The notes below the pieces were generated by a model. That model worked only from the letters and a program-made list of their open reading frames with translations, had not been told where the DNA came from and did not search any database. 64,000 bases of DNA from an uncultured Gemmatimonadales bacterium (GTDB taxonomy: Bacteria; Gemmatimonadota; Gemmatimonadetes; Gemmatimonadales; GWC2-71-9). Of this stretch, positions 20,015 to 30,374 are shown in pieces; positions within the stretch are counted from its first letter, which is position 1, and every line of letters begins with the position of its first letter. Position numbers and translations under genes: made by a program. The stretch lies in assembly GCA_963795085.1 (NCBI GenBank), contig CAWCFX010000001.1, positions 544,001 to 608,000 of the forward strand. Reading direction: 5' to 3'.

Positions 20015-20940
20015 GGCCCCGGCTGGCCCTGACGCTCGGCGACCCGCGCGGCATCGGGCCCGAGATCGCGGCCCAGGCCCTGGCCGCCCCGCTGGAGGCG
20101 GACATCACCGTCGTCGGGGCCGAGGACCAGATCGCGGCGATCCCCGCCGCGAGGCGGGTCCCGGTCGGCCCCTGGCGGTCAGGATCGGGTGAGCCGGACC
20201 CGGCCGGGGGCGCTTCCCACGCGCGCAGCGTACTGGCGGGCAAGATCGCGGGGCATTCCGTCGAGACCGCGGTCCGGCTGGCCCAGGCCGGCGAGGTGGA
20301 CGGCATCGTCACCGCCCCCATCAACAAGCACGCGCTGCATCTCGCCGGATTCCCCTTCCCCGGACACACCGAATGGCTGGCGCATCTCGCCGGCGATATT
20401 GACGTCGCCATGATGCTGGCCGCGGGCCGGCTCCGGGTGGTCCTGGTGACGACCCATGTGGCGCTGCGGGACGTGCCGGCCCTGGTCACCGTGGACCGGA
20501 TCGTCCGCACCGGCCGGGTGACCCGGCGGGCCCTGGCGGACTGGTTCGGCATCGCGGAACCCCGCCTCGCCCTCTGCGCCCTGAATCCCCACGCGGGCGA
20601 GTCCGGTCTCTTCGGCGACGAGGAGAAACGGGTGCTCGCGCCGGCCGCCGCGCAACTGGGCGCCGCGGGTCCCTTCCCGGCCGATACGGTGTTCGTGCGG
20701 GCGATGCGGGGCGAGTTCGATGCGGTGCTGGCGCCGTACCACGACGTGGGGATGACGGCCATCAAGGTGGCGGCGTTCGGGCAGGGGGTGAACGTGACGC
20801 TGGGACTGCCGTTTCCCCGGACATCGCCCGATCACGGCACCGCGTTCGATATTGCAGGGCAGGGCCGGGCGGACTGGGGCAGCATGCGGGAAGCCCTGGA
20901 ACTGGCGGCGAGGCTGGCCGCCAGGAAGATCGGCGAGTGA
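20011..20940 (+). CDS. pdxA: 4-hydroxythreonine-4-phosphate dehydrogenase
   Basis: GDPRGIGPE, TAPINK, GHTE, NPHAGE, PADT, YHD, RTSPDHGTAFDIAG. Confidence 0.95.
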   Translation: MRPRLALTLGDPRGIGPEIAAQALAAPLEADITVVGAEDQIAAIPAARRVPVGPWRSGSGEPDPAGGASHARSVLAGKIAGHSVETAVRLAQAGEVDGIVTAPINKHALHLAGFPFPGHTEWLAHLAGDIDVAMMLAAGRLRVVLVTTHVALRDVPALVTVDRIVRTGRVTRRALADWFGIAEPRLALCALNPHAGESGLFGDEEKRVLAPAAAQLGAAGPFPADTVFVRAMRGEFDAVLAPYHDVGMTAIKVAAFGQGVNVTLGLPFPRTSPDHGTAFDIAGQGRADWGSMREALELAARLAARKIGE

Positions 20941-20976
20941 CCATGGCCATGGGGCCAGGGCCAGTGATTCTTCGCG

Positions 20977-22329
20977 CTAGCTCTTGTCGGCGGTCGTCTC
21001 TTTTCCCTCCGGCACTCCGGGTTTCTCCTGCGGCGCCCAGACCCGGACCGTCTTCACCCGGCGGCCTTCCATCTCGCCCACTTCCAGCCCGAAGCCCTGC
21101 ACGGTGACCCGGTCTCCCGGACGGGGGAGGCGGCCCAGTTCGCCGAAGATATACCCCCCCACGGTGGTGTACTCGGTATCGTCGACATCGACGTCGAACT
21201 CGGTGTTGAAATCGGTGATCGGCAGGGCACCGTCCACCACCGGCGCTCCCTGTTCCACCTGGCCGGTCGTCTCGGCGCGGTCGTACTCGTCATAGATCGC
21301 GCCGACGATCTCCTCCAGCAGGTCCTCCATGGTGACCAGGCCCGCGGTTCCCCCGTACTCGTCCAGCACGATGGCGAGATGGACCTTGAGCCGTTTCATA
21401 TCGGCCAGTACATCCTCCACCTCCCGGGTGCCCGGCACGAAGAGCGGGGTCCGCATGATGGCCGACACCCGGTCCTCCGGGTTGGCGCGGAGCCGGATCA
21501 GGATATCCTTGGCGAGGACCACTCCAACGATCTCGTCGATGGTCTCCGCATAGACCGGGTACCGGGAGCGGCTCGCCTGGGCCACTTCGTCCGCCGCTTC
21601 GGCCACGGTCAGGTCGCTGGCGATCGCGGCCATCTGGGTCCGCGGCGTCATCACGTCCTGGGCGACCTTCTCGGTAAACTCGAAGACCCCTTCGATCAGC
21701 CGCGCGTCCTCCTCGCCCAGCCCGCCGCCTTCCTGGCTCTGCTCGACCAGCATCCGGATCTCTTCGGGCGAATGGAGCCGCTCGTGCTCGCCGGGCGGGT
21801 TGATCCGGGCCAGGCGGAGCAGCCGGTTGGCGGTGCCGTTCAGCAGCGCGATCGGTGCGGCCATCACCCAGGTAAATCCCATGAGCGGGGCCGCGACCCA
21901 GCGGCTGACATGCTCCGGATAAAGGAGTGCCAGGGCCTTGGGAACCAGTTCGCCCAGGATGATATGCAGGACGGCGATAATGCTGAACGCGATGATCACC
22001 GACACGGTGTGGGTGGCGAAGGCCGCCGCGGCGGGGGGCAGCCAGCTGAAACCGTTGTCGATCAGGTGGGCCAGGGCCGGCTCCCCGATCCACCCCAGCC
22101 CCAGCGAGGCGAGGGTAATGCCCAACTGGGTGGCCGAGATGTACCGGTCCAGGTGGGTGATCGCGCGGCGAGCCAGGGCGGCCTTCTTGTCGCCATTCCG
22201 GGCCATCTCCTCCAACCGGGTCTTCCGGGATCCCACCAGCGCAAATTCGGCGGCCACGAAGAAGGCGTTGGCCAGCACCAGCAGGACCACGGAGAAAAGG
22301 CCCAGCAGCATTCGCGAAGGTTCATCCAT
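20977..22329 (-). CDS. HlyC/CorC (DUF21-CBS-CorC) family transporter
   Basis: NAFFVAAEFALV, QLGITLASL, GELVPK, VMTPR, DEYGGTAGLVTMEDLLEEIVG, TTVGG. Confidence 0.92.
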   Translation of the reverse strand: MDEPSRMLLGLFSVVLLVLANAFFVAAEFALVGSRKTRLEEMARNGDKKAALARRAITHLDRYISATQLGITLASLGLGWIGEPALAHLIDNGFSWLPPAAAAFATHTVSVIIAFSIIAVLHIILGELVPKALALLYPEHVSRWVAAPLMGFTWVMAAPIALLNGTANRLLRLARINPPGEHERLHSPEEIRMLVEQSQEGGGLGEEDARLIEGVFEFTEKVAQDVMTPRTQMAAIASDLTVAEAADEVAQASRSRYPVYAETIDEIVGVVLAKDILIRLRANPEDRVSAIMRTPLFVPGTREVEDVLADMKRLKVHLAIVLDEYGGTAGLVTMEDLLEEIVGAIYDEYDRAETTGQVEQGAPVVDGALPITDFNTEFDVDVDDTEYTTVGGYIFGELGRLPRPGDRVTVQGFGLEVGEMEGRRVKTVRVWAPQEKPGVPEGKETTADKS

Positions 22330-22452
22330 GGGGATAAGGTTAGCGCCTATGGGTCCGGGGAGCGAGTGATCGGGGACCATCGGGCGGCTCATTAGCTCCA
22401 GGGATCACTGTAAAGTGTTGTCCTGCAAACGCATACACACTATGCTTCAGCC

Positions 22453-23376
22453 ATGAGGCCGCCTCCCGACTTCTGCGTGGTGCCCCCGCCGGCACCGGTA
22501 ACCCGCCGCCTCTGGATCGTGCTGGTCCTGACCGGCGGCTTCATGGTGGTGGAGGCGGTCGGCGGGTACCTGAGCGGCTCCCTGGCGCTGCTGGCGGACG
22601 CGGGGCACATGCTCACCGACGTCGGGGCGATTGGCCTTTCACTGCTGACGGCCTGGATCGCCCAGCGGCCGGCGGACCGGAGCAAGACCTACGGTTACCT
22701 CCGGTGGGAAATCCTCGCCGCCTTGATCAACGGGGCGACCCTTTTCCTGATCGCCGGGTGGGTGGTCATCGAGGCCATTGGCCGGATCGGCCAGCCTCGG
22801 GAGATCGACGCCGGCATCTTTGTAACGGTGGCGGCGGTCGGCCTGCTGGTCAATGTCACGGGGCTGGTGCTGCTGCACGGATCGCACCGGGGCCATCTCA
22901 ACGCCCGGGGCGTCTATCTCCATATCCTGAGCGACCTGCTGGGATCCGTCGGCGCCCTGGGTGCGGCCCTGGTGGTCGCCCTGAGCGGATGGACCCTCGC
23001 CGATCCCCTGATTTCCATCGTGCTGTCGATGCTCATCCTGGCGGGGGCCTGGCGGCTGGTCCGGGAGAGCACCGATATCCTGCTGGAGGCGGTGCCGGGG
23101 CATGTCTCCATGGAAGCGGTGCAGGCGCGGATGCTGGCGGTGCCGGGGGTGGCGACGGTCCATGATCTTCATGTCTGGACCGTGACCAGCGGCCTGGTGG
23201 CCATGAGCGGCCATGCGGTGGTGCCCGCGCTGGACGATCATCCGGCCGCCCTCGACGAGATCCGGCGGGAGATGGCGGGGCTCGGCATCGGGCATGTGAC
23301 GATTCAACTGGAGACCCGGCACGGTTGTCTGGAGATCCCCGGGGTCCGCCCCGAGCACGCGGGGCATGGCCATTAG
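22453..23376 (+). CDS. czcD: Cation diffusion facilitator (Zn/Co/Cd efflux)
   Basis: SGSLALLADAGHMLTD, TYGYLR, HILSDLLGS, VHDLHVW, HVTIQLE. Confidence 0.9.
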   Translation: MRPPPDFCVVPPPAPVTRRLWIVLVLTGGFMVVEAVGGYLSGSLALLADAGHMLTDVGAIGLSLLTAWIAQRPADRSKTYGYLRWEILAALINGATLFLIAGWVVIEAIGRIGQPREIDAGIFVTVAAVGLLVNVTGLVLLHGSHRGHLNARGVYLHILSDLLGSVGALGAALVVALSGWTLADPLISIVLSMLILAGAWRLVRESTDILLEAVPGHVSMEAVQARMLAVPGVATVHDLHVWTVTSGLVAMSGHAVVPALDDHPAALDEIRREMAGLGIGHVTIQLETRHGCLEIPGVRPEHAGHGH

Positions 23377-23405
23377 GGGTGGGGGACGGGAGCACCGGAA
23401 ACCGG

Positions 23406-23428
23406 CGCGGCGCGAGGCCGCGTTTTTT
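23406..23428 (+). terminator. Putative intrinsic terminator
   Basis: CGCGGC-GCGAG-GCCGCG followed by TTTTTT, downstream of czcD. Confidence 0.6.
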
Positions 23429-23564
23429 GTGCCTTGCCACAGGGGCGTACCGTGTCTATATATGCCGCCTTCAAGGCGGTTGCCGGTCAGGCCCCCGCCC
23501 CTCGTGTGGCCAGCGTACCCGGCGAATGGCACACTGGCGCACCGGTACAGGAGCAGGTAGAGAG

Positions 23565-25421
<1,857 letters not shown>

Positions 25422-25483
25422 ACAGGGACCGGTAGCAGTCAGGCAGAAAAAGCTGGGTTCACCATTCTTTGCCGGAGGGACAC

Positions 25484-25741
25484 ATGTCGGCCTGGGAAGC
25501 GTCGATTGAAGCGATCGAACTGCGGCGTCGTCCGGACGATGACGACGAGTTCGAGGACGATGGCTTCACGTTCGACGACGAAGACGAGGACGACTTCGAC
25601 GACGAGGACGAAGACTTCGACGACGAAGACGACGACTTCGATGATGACGACGAAGATGACATCGAAGAATTCGATTTCAACGAGGACGAGGACGAAGATG
25701 CCAAGCCCCGCCGCCGCACTCGGGGGGGAGACGGCTTCTAA
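25484..25741 (+). CDS. Small hyper-acidic protein (85 aa)
   Basis: RBS GGAGGGA before ATG 25484. Long Asp/Glu tract punctuated by Phe, flanked by Arg clusters. Confidence 0.65.
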   Translation: MSAWEASIEAIELRRRPDDDDEFEDDGFTFDDEDEDDFDDEDEDFDDEDDDFDDDDEDDIEEFDFNEDEDEDAKPRRRTRGGDGF

Positions 25742-25829
25742 CCGCCCTGCATCGATGGTGGGCGGTCCCCAGGCGGAGCTTGAATCGGCCCGGTGGACCG
25801 CTTACGTTCTCCCCCGGGAACCAAGGTTG

Positions 25830-25903
<74 letters not shown>

Positions 25904-26213
25904 TTCCCTTCCCCCTTTTCTCCCACCGCACCTCCCCCTCAGTTTCCCACCGGCCGGCCGATACCTTCGGCCCTCCACCGGGCTCTGCCTCCGCCGTTTC
26001 ACACCCGCGTGGTAAGCTGTCACCGGCGAGGTATCCCCGGAACACAGGCATGGCGCGTCAATGGTAAGGAGGGAGGCCTTGGCATCATCCGCACCGCTTT
26101 GGTACGGCCTTTCTCGTGGTGACTTCGCCAGCCCGGCCGCCGAATCTCCAGCCACCCATGGTGCGTAGGCAGCGGGATAGTTGCCAGAGCTTTCTCCTTT
26201 CCGAGACGATGCC

Positions 26214-26711
26214 ATGGTTTTCCTGCTTGCGTTCGCGTTCTCGCTGGTGCCTTTCATTCCCAACCCGGTTCCTTCGCCGCGCGAAGAAGTCCTGGCCGTC
26301 ACCCAGCGGATGGTGGTGGCCATGGAACGGCGGGATACCGCCGCACTGGCCGCGGTCTTCGCCCCCGGGGCCCGGCTGGTGGGCATGCGGACCCGAGCCG
26401 GCGACAGCGTGCCCTTCTTCCAGGAACTGACGGTGGAGCAGTTCGCACGGTTCGTCGGGCGAGACTCGCTGCGCGGCCCCTGGATCGAGCGCCTCTGGGA
26501 GCCGGAGGTCCGCATCGAGGGCACCCTCGCCTCGGTATGGGCCCGTTACGACTTTCACTTCGGCCAGCGCTTCAGCCACTGCGGGGTGGACGCCTTTCAC
26601 CTGCTGAAGACGCGGGATGGGTGGCGGATTACCGCACTGGCGGACACCTACCAGACCGAGGGCTGTCCCCGGCGCCCTGTCCCCCAGCCATCCGCTCGGA
26701 GCAAGCCATGA
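26214..26711 (+). CDS. Secreted NTF2/SnoaL-like protein
   Basis: Signal-like N-terminus. ERLWEPEVRIEGTLASVWARYDF..HCGVDAFHLLKTRDGWRI. Confidence 0.8.
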   Translation: MVFLLAFAFSLVPFIPNPVPSPREEVLAVTQRMVVAMERRDTAALAAVFAPGARLVGMRTRAGDSVPFFQELTVEQFARFVGRDSLRGPWIERLWEPEVRIEGTLASVWARYDFHFGQRFSHCGVDAFHLLKTRDGWRITALADTYQTEGCPRRPVPQPSARSKP

Positions 26712-27823
26712 AGGCCGCCCGTCTTGCCGTGTTTGCGCTCCTCTTCGCGGCTCCCGCGGCGACGCATGCGCAGGAGGTGGCGCGCGACCGCGGTGCCCGC
26801 ATGGTCCGCCTGGCGGAGGGGGTCTTCACCATCCTCCATGAAGACGCCACCCACGAATGGCCCACCAACACGATGGACTGGCCCCATGGGAACACCGGCG
26901 TCATCCTCGGCGCTGCGGGGGTGCTGGTGGTGGATGCCACCCTGTACCCTTCGCGTGCCCGGGCCGACATCGGGCTCATCCGCGCGGTCACCAACCTGCC
27001 GGTACGCTGGCTGGTCAACACCCACTGGCACGGCGATCACACCCATGGCAACGCGGTCTACCGGGACTCCTTTCCCGGCCTGGCCATCATCGGAGCCCGC
27101 CAGAACCGCGACTTCATCGCGGTGAACCAGGCCCGGTATCCCACCTCGGCCGTCGCCCCCGGCTCGGCTCTCCGGGGCATCGTGGCCCACCTGGATTCGG
27201 TCCGCCGGTCCGGCCGCGACAGCACCGGGCGGCGATACAGCCCGGCCGAACTGGCCACCCTCGAAACCATCATTGGCGAGCGGAGGGTCCAGCTCGAGGA
27301 GTACGCCCAGGTCCGGGTCTCGCCGCCCGATGTCCTGTTCGATGGGAGCATGGCGCTCGACCTGGGCGCGCGGGCGGTGGAACTGGTGGACCGGGGCCGG
27401 GCCAACAGCCCCCACGACGTCACCGTGTACCTGCCCGCCGAGCGAATTCTCTTTAGCGGGGATATCGTCGTGCATCCCGTCCCCTATGCGTGGGAGTCCT
27501 ACCCGGTGCCGTGGATCGACGTGCTGCGGGCGCTCGAGGCGACGCCCATCACCGCCATGGTCCCCGGCCACGGGCCCGTCATGCATGATCACCGCTACAC
27601 CGCGCAGGTTCGCCGGCTGCTGGAGGCCACCCGGGAGCGGGCGGCGCGGCTGCTGGCCGCTGGGCAGTCCATCGCGGCGACGGCCGGAAAGGTGGACCTT
27701 GCTGACCAGCGGGCTGTCTTCGTCACCCCCGACGATCCCCTCACCGGCATCCTCTGGCGCGACTCCATCCTGGGCGCCATGGTGGAACGCATGGCTGCCT
27801 GCGTCACCGGCTATCGCTGCTGA
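26708..27823 (+). CDS. Secreted metallo-beta-lactamase-fold hydrolase
   Basis: Signal peptide. THWHGDHTHG, FSGD, VPGHG. ATGA overlap with the upstream gene. Confidence 0.88.
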   Translation: MKAARLAVFALLFAAPAATHAQEVARDRGARMVRLAEGVFTILHEDATHEWPTNTMDWPHGNTGVILGAAGVLVVDATLYPSRARADIGLIRAVTNLPVRWLVNTHWHGDHTHGNAVYRDSFPGLAIIGARQNRDFIAVNQARYPTSAVAPGSALRGIVAHLDSVRRSGRDSTGRRYSPAELATLETIIGERRVQLEEYAQVRVSPPDVLFDGSMALDLGARAVELVDRGRANSPHDVTVYLPAERILFSGDIVVHPVPYAWESYPVPWIDVLRALEATPITAMVPGHGPVMHDHRYTAQVRRLLEATRERAARLLAAGQSIAATAGKVDLADQRAVFVTPDDPLTGILWRDSILGAMVERMAACVTGYRC

Positions 27824-27841
27824 GGGGTTTAGTTTCCCGGC

Positions 27842-28339
27842 ATGGGTGACGTGTTCGCGATCCTGCTGCTGCTCGCCAGCGTCGTGGTTGGGCTGCTGCT
27901 CATTCCGCTGGGGCTGCCCGGGCTCTGGGTCATGCTCCTGGGGCTGATCGGCTACGGGGCGCTCACCGATTTCCGCACGGTGGGACTGCTCACCCTCGCC
28001 CTCGCCACCGGTCTGGCGTTCTCTGGCGAGGTGGTCGAGTCCTGGGCCGGCTTCCGCTATGCCCGGAAGCACGGGGGGTCCCGGCGCGCCGGGTGGGGAG
28101 CCGTGATCGGCGGGCTGGTCGGCGCGTTCGCCGGGATTCCCATCCCCATCCTTGGGAGCATCATCGGGTCCTTTCTCGGGTCCTTTGCCGGCGCGGCGAT
28201 TTTCGAGTTCACCAGGTCCCCCGCGAACGCGGCGGGCGCCGGCTGGGGCGCCCTGGTTGGCCGGGTGGTGGCCACCGCCTTCAAGGTCGCGCTCGGTTTC
28301 CTGATTGCCCTCTTGGGCCTGATCGCCGTCCTCCGGTAG
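27842..28339 (+). CDS. DUF456-family membrane protein
   Basis: LGLPG, ARKHGGSRRAGWGAVIGGLVG, Gly-rich TM helices. Confidence 0.8.
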   Translation: MGDVFAILLLLASVVVGLLLIPLGLPGLWVMLLGLIGYGALTDFRTVGLLTLALATGLAFSGEVVESWAGFRYARKHGGSRRAGWGAVIGGLVGAFAGIPIPILGSIIGSFLGSFAGAAIFEFTRSPANAAGAGWGALVGRVVATAFKVALGFLIALLGLIAVLR

Positions 28340-28355
28340 GCTCTGGCCGCGTGGC

Positions 28356-28371
28356 CGTGACGCAGGTCGCA
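28356..28371. promoter_or_regulatory. CRP/FNR-like box, overlapping a terminator-like hairpin (28365-28401)
   Basis: CGTGA-CGCAGG-TCGCA versus consensus TGTGA-N6-TCACA. The same 14-mer recurs at 29116. Confidence 0.4.
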
Positions 28372-28404
28372 TCCCGAAGCGCGGGTGCGGCCTTTCTTTT
28401 TGCC

Positions 28405-29109
28405 ATGGCCATCCTGCAAAAACGGACCTGGCGCCAACCCGCCGGGGAACCCGCTCTCCCCAAGATCGCGCTCCGGGCCCGCCGGAAATTCCTCAGGTTC
28501 TTCCCGGGGGGATTTCGCGACCCCACCTACCTGGAGTGGGAACGGGATTACAAGTGGCAGGCCCACGATTCCTGGGAGCAGTCCCTGGGCGACGAGGTGT
28601 ATGCCGCCCGGCTCGATCGCGGCGATTTCGCGGCCATCGCGGCCGATGCGGTGCGGATCGAATCCGCCACCAACCTGCTGTTCTCCTTTGAGAAGATGGC
28701 GCTCCGCGATGCGGTGCGATCCGCAACCGGTGCCCGGCAGTTTGCCGCGGGCCTCTACCAGTGGCTCTATGGCGAAGGGGAAGACCGCGACCGGTTCGAA
28801 TCCTGGGTCGCCACAGTCGGCGACCTGCCCCGAAGGCAGACCCGGGTCCTGACCTGGCCGCTGGTGACCGTGTTTGGATTCCTCGCCCGGCCGTATGTGC
28901 ACATGTTCCTGAAGCCCCGGGTGACCCGGCAGGCCGCGCTCGAATACGGCTTTGATTTCGAGTACCGGCCGGAGCCCAACTGGGATACTTACGCCGGTCT
29001 CCTCGCCTTTGCCCGCCGGATCAAGCGCGATACCCGGGACCTTCGCCCCCGGGACATGATCGACGCCCAGTCCTTCATCTGGGTTCAGGGCTCGGATGAG
29101 TACGACTAG
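28405..29109 (+). CDS. Conserved-looking hypothetical protein
   Basis: Ordered, aromatic-rich globular sequence: ERDYKW, TWPLVT, FLKP, DMIDAQSFIWV. Confidence 0.8.
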   Translation: MAILQKRTWRQPAGEPALPKIALRARRKFLRFFPGGFRDPTYLEWERDYKWQAHDSWEQSLGDEVYAARLDRGDFAAIAADAVRIESATNLLFSFEKMALRDAVRSATGARQFAAGLYQWLYGEGEDRDRFESWVATVGDLPRRQTRVLTWPLVTVFGFLARPYVHMFLKPRVTRQAALEYGFDFEYRPEPNWDTYAGLLAFARRIKRDTRDLRPRDMIDAQSFIWVQGSDEYD

Positions 29110-29114
29110 CGGTC

Positions 29115-29130
29115 GGTGACGCAGGTCGCG
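29115..29130. promoter_or_regulatory. CRP/FNR-like box
   Basis: GGTGA-CGCAGG-TCGCG, sharing 14 nt with 28357-28370. Confidence 0.4.
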
Positions 29131-29234
29131 GGGCCGGGCCCGTTTCCCCGTTATCCTCGTCTATCGCCAGGCTTTTCACGGGTGCCTGGCGCCGAACACC
29201 ACAGCTGACGACCGGAGCCGAGCTTGCCTGAGTC

Positions 29235-29306
29235 GGGCCAGCGGGCCAGTGGGTCAGCGGGTCAGTGGGTCAGCGGGTCAGTGGGTCAGTAGGCCAGTGG
29301 GTCAGT
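29235..29306 (+). repeat. Octamer tandem repeat (GGGTCAGY-like x9)
   Basis: gggccagc gggccagt gggtcagc gggtcagt gggtcagc gggtcagt gggtcagt aggccagt gggtcagt. Confidence 0.9.
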
Positions 29307-29329
29307 AGGTTCATCATAAGGAGGGCACC

Positions 29330-29596
29330 ATGAAACAGGTCAAGGATCCCGTGTGCGGCATGATGATTGACCCGGCGACGGCGGCCGGCCAGACGACCCG
29401 TGACGACACCACGTACTACTTCTGTTCCGATTCCTGCCGGACGGCATTTGAGTCGGAGCCCGACCAGTACACCACGGAGAAACACGAGCCGCCCTTCACG
29501 GTATCAAAAAGCGGAATGACAGCGCCCAAGTTCGGCTCTGCCGGGAGTGGTGGCGCCGAGCTGGAGCCCGGGCCGGAACGACACGGCAAGAAATGA
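29330..29596 (+). CDS. YHS-domain protein
   Basis: RBS GAGGG. DPVCGM...[16 protein letters not shown]. Confidence 0.88.
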   Translation: MKQVKDPVCGMMIDPATAAGQTTRDDTTYYFCSDSCRTAFESEPDQYTTEKHEPPFTVSKSGMTAPKFGSAGSGGAELEPGPERHGKK

Positions 29597-29736
29597 GTGT
29601 GGGCAGGGCGGCCGGTGCGGCGGAGTCATCCCGCCGTACCGGGCGCTCGTTTTCCAGGATATCGCCAATGTGTCGCGGTATTAGGTTACGGGTGGTTCAG
29701 TCCGCGGTTCGGCCTTCTCCCACCCAGGGTGCCTGC

Positions 29737-30069
29737 ATGAACGAACGGATGACGTCCACGACGTTCGATCTCCCCGGCTATCACGTGGTAGAATCCCTCG
29801 GTGTCGTGCGGGGGATCACGGTGCGCTCCCGGTCCGTGTTCGGCACCATCGGCGCGGCCCTGCAGACCCTCCGCGGCGGCAATATCACCATCCTCACCGA
29901 ACTCTGCGAGATGACCCGGATCGAGGCTTTCCGCATCATGCTGCAGCACGCCGATGAAATCGGGGCCAATGCCGTGCTGGGCGTGCGGTACGACGCGACC
30001 GAGATCCTCAGCGGGGTCACCGAAGTGCTCTGCTACGGCACCGCGGCCCGGGTCGAAGCCGGCGCCTGA
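29737..30069 (+). CDS. YbjQ/UPF0145 family protein
   Basis: [31 protein letters not shown]. Confidence 0.9.
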   Translation: MNERMTSTTFDLPGYHVVESLGVVRGITVRSRSVFGTIGAALQTLRGGNITILTELCEMTRIEAFRIMLQHADEIGANAVLGVRYDATEILSGVTEVLCYGTAARVEAGA

Positions 30070-30182
30070 AACCGGGGCCCGGGTTCCCCCGTCTCGACCC
30101 CGGTGGCTGTGACATTCCGCGGGCGCCGGTGTACAATACGAAACTTCGTCCCCGAACCCTCACCCCCTTTCCCGGAGGCACC

Positions 30183-30341
30183 ATGCGAGGCGGCCTGGTA
30201 TCGCTCGGTATTCTGCTGCTCATCCTGTGGGTCGTGGGCTTCGTGGTCTTCAAGGTCGCGGGCTTCCTGATCCACATTCTCGTCATCGTCGCGATCGTCA
30301 TGCTGATCGCCGGCTTCTTCCGGCGGGTCGGCGGCAACTGA
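30183..30341 (+). CDS. Small membrane protein (lmo0937/DUF5670-like)
   Basis: RBS GGAGG. LLLILWVVGF..GFLIHILVIVAIV. Confidence 0.75.
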   Translation: MRGGLVSLGILLLILWVVGFVVFKVAGFLIHILVIVAIVMLIAGFFRRVGGN

Positions 30342-30374
30342 AACCGGCTTTTCACATCCTGACCGAGGTTCCCC

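Noticed and set aside
29160..29230. Riboswitch upstream of the YHS gene (GCCAGGC/GCCTGGC hairpin, GCTGACGAC)
   Set aside because: Only a fragmentary resemblance to the fluoride riboswitch 3' end. The 5' consensus is missing, so it needs an Infernal search.
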